Assembly (NCBI GenBank): GCA_007126855.1
Contig: SLAK01000082.1
Coordinates: 1 to 25,229 of the forward strand
DNA length: 25,229 nt
DNA from: Dehalococcoidia bacterium
GTDB lineage: Bacteria; Chloroflexota; Dehalococcoidia; Tepidiformales; Tepidiformaceae
Reading direction: 5' to 3'
Shown here: positions 23,502-25,229 of the stretch, in pieces
How positions within the stretch are numbered: position 1 is the first letter of the stretch
How the letters are laid out: each line of letters opens with the position of its first letter
Notes under the pieces: model-generated
What the model was told of the DNA's origin: nothing
The model's database searches: none
Seen by the model: only the letters and a program-made list of their open reading frames with translations
Translations under genes and position numbers: made by a program

Positions 23502-24548
23502 GTGGTGATCAAGGTGGATAAGAAGCCGAAACGGGTGAGCTTACTGGCGCTGCCCGAGTCGACAGGAACGCCTGTGCACGGGCTCTACGAGACCCTGGTA
23601 TTGCTGGAAGCGGTGGCCGCCGACGAATCCGGAGCGCCGTCGAAGCTCTTCGATGTCGAAATCGTCGGACCTGAACGCGGCGTTTTTCCCAGCGCGTGCG
23701 GGCTGCCACTGGAGATCCAGCGGTCGATCGACGAGGTCGAGCAGACAGACATCGTCATCAGTGCTTCGATGCTGTTGCAGAACCAGGAGTGGGTGGTCGG
23801 CCGCTATCCCGAGACCGTCGACTGGCTACGACGAATGCACGCCCAGGGCACAGACCTGTGTTCGGCGTGTGCGGGGGCGCTGCTCCTTGCCGAAACAGGA
23901 CTGCTCGACGGACTGGAAACCACCACCCACTGGGCCTTTGCCCCGACGTTCCGGCGGAACTTCCCGGATATCCGGCTGCGGGTGGAGGAAGTGCTCATTG
24001 TGGCCGGCCAGAGGGAAGAGTTCGTCATGGCCGGCGCGGCCAGCTCATGGCAGGACTTGATCCTTTACCTCATCTCGCGCCATGCGAGCCCGAGCGCGGC
24101 ACACGCAATCGGCAAGTTTCTCCTCTACCAGTGGGACACACGGACCCAGGTGCCGTTTCTGACCTTCGCCCCGCCTGGCGACCACGGTGACGCGATCATT
24201 CGCGAGGTGGAGGGGCATCTGCCAGAGTACTTCGCGGAGCCTTTTGCCGTGGAGGAGATGATCCGGCGTTCTGGACTTCCCCCAAGCAGTTTCAAGCGCC
24301 GATTCCGAAACGCCACAGGGTATTCGCCGCTGCAGTACGTCCAGCACCTTCGCGTCGAAGAGGCCAAGCAGCTGTTAGAAGGCACGGACATCCCGATCGA
24401 CGAGATAAGCTGGACTGTGGGTTACGAAGAGCCGGCTTTCTTCCGGCGCCTCTTCAAGCGGGTTACGACGATGACTCCGGGGGAGTACCGGCGCAAGTTC
24501 CGGTTACCGGCTGCAGCGCCACCCGAAGCAGCCCTGGCCCGGAGATAG
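23502..24548 (+). CDS. GlxA-family transcriptional regulator (DJ-1/PfpI-like + AraC HTH)
   Basis: LCSACAGALLLAETGLLDG, TTHW, FKRRFRNATGYSPLQYVQHLRVEEAKQLLE and VGYEEPAFFRRLFKR. Start among GTG 23502/23505/23514. Confidence 0.93.
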   Translation: MVIKVDKKPKRVSLLALPESTGTPVHGLYETLVLLEAVAADESGAPSKLFDVEIVGPERGVFPSACGLPLEIQRSIDEVEQTDIVISASMLLQNQEWVVGRYPETVDWLRRMHAQGTDLCSACAGALLLAETGLLDGLETTTHWAFAPTFRRNFPDIRLRVEEVLIVAGQREEFVMAGAASSWQDLILYLISRHASPSAAHAIGKFLLYQWDTRTQVPFLTFAPPGDHGDAIIREVEGHLPEYFAEPFAVEEMIRRSGLPPSSFKRRFRNATGYSPLQYVQHLRVEEAKQLLEGTDIPIDEISWTVGYEEPAFFRRLFKRVTTMTPGEYRRKFRLPAAAPPEAALARR

Positions 24549-24577
24549 CCCGGCCCCGTTTTGCACGGCAGTACCGG

Positions 24578-25229
24578 CTACACCTGCGACGAGGACATGG
24601 AGACACCCAGCGAGAGGGAGGCAGCGAGCTTGATGGCCTCCATCATCGACGTGGGGTCGGCGGTGCCCTTGCCGGCGATGTCGAAGGCGGTGCCGTGGTC
24701 GACTGAGGTACGGATAAAGGGCAGACCCAGGTTGATGGACACACTCTGTTCGAAGCCGTGGACCTTGATCGCGATGTGTCCCTGGTCGTGGTACATCACG
24801 ACCACGACATCGTAGCGCCCGGCGATTGCGGCGTTGAAGACGGAATCCGCGGGATGCGGGCCGGTCGCATCGATGCCTTTAGCGAGGGCGTCTTCGATGG
24901 CAGGCGCGATGTGCAGTTCCTCTTCGTCGCCGATAAGGCCGTGGTCGCTCGCGTGGGGGTTGAGCGCGGCGACGGCGATGCGCGGCGCGTCAAATCCCCA
25001 GTGGATGAACTGCGCGTGAGTGAGCTCGATGGCGCGGAGGACGTTTTCGCGGGTGACGAAGGCACAGGCTTCCTTGAGCGGCTTATGGGTCGACAAATGC
25101 ATGCACCGGAGCTGGCCGGAGACGAGCATGGTGGCGACATAGGGCGAGCCGCTGAGGCGCTGGAGGATCTCCTGGTGGCCGGTGTCGGTGGTGCCTGCTT
25201 TTTGGAACGACTCTTTGTTGATGGGTGCG
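24578..25229 (-). CDS. pdxA: PdxA-family 4-hydroxythreonine-4-phosphate / threonate-4-phosphate dehydrogenase, 5'-truncated by the window edge
   Basis: The frame stays open to the edge (APINKESFQKAG...GHQEIL). Motifs LSTHKPL, ALNPHA, GPHPADSVF, MYHDQGHIAIK and GLPFIRTSVDHGTAFDIAGKG. Confidence 0.92.
   Translation of the reverse strand, partial: APINKESFQKAGTTDTGHQEILQRLSGSPYVATMLVSGQLRCMHLSTHKPLKEACAFVTRENVLRAIELTHAQFIHWGFDAPRIAVAALNPHASDHGLIGDEEELHIAPAIEDALAKGIDATGPHPADSVFNAAIAGRYDVVVVMYHDQGHIAIKVHGFEQSVSINLGLPFIRTSVDHGTAFDIAGKGTADPTSMMEAIKLAASLSLGVSMSSSQV

Noticed and set aside
1-25229. tRNA/rRNA genes, CRISPR arrays, IS elements, integrases and in-frame Sec/Pyl recoding
   Set aside because: I saw no cloverleaf or T-loop context, regular repeat-spacer pattern, transposase or recombinase motifs, or interrupted conserved ORFs other than the antitoxin remnant.

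Overview
High-GC bacterial chromosomal window, most likely Chloroflexota/Dehalococcoidia-like (inferred from the style of DnaN, USP and flavoenzyme sequences; no search run). About 28 genes are supported. From left to right: a partial hypothetical gene, a nitroreductase, and a toxin-antitoxin patch (a hidden, 5'-truncated Xre/MbcA/ParS-type antitoxin remnant plus two back-to-back vapBC modules). Next are dnaN and recF in an unusual divergent arrangement with no dnaA or gyrB, a PrsW-family protease, LOG, a Tat-exported cyclase-family protein, and a PNPOx-like/SDR/SIS/VOC/USP run. These are followed by a FAD oxidoreductase-small Cys/His membrane protein-DinB operon, pdxS without pdxT, an unannotated 52-aa lmo0937-like membrane peptide, two membrane proteins and an LLM monooxygenase. 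The window ends with a hemerythrin-fused P1B-5 ATPase, a BBE-type FAD oxidase divergent from a GlxA-type AraC regulator, and a partial pdxA-like gene. I saw no rRNA, tRNA, CRISPR array, integrase or transposase. The best candidate for an undescribed system is the leader of the P1B-5 ATPase. It holds a 56-aa upstream ORF with a C-terminal CxxC that overlaps the ATPase start (GTGA), and it contains several hairpins, including a perfect 12-bp stem and one that pairs with the ATPase Shine-Dalgarno. This is a hypothesis from manual reading only. Most of the rest of the window is ordinary housekeeping and accessory metabolism.
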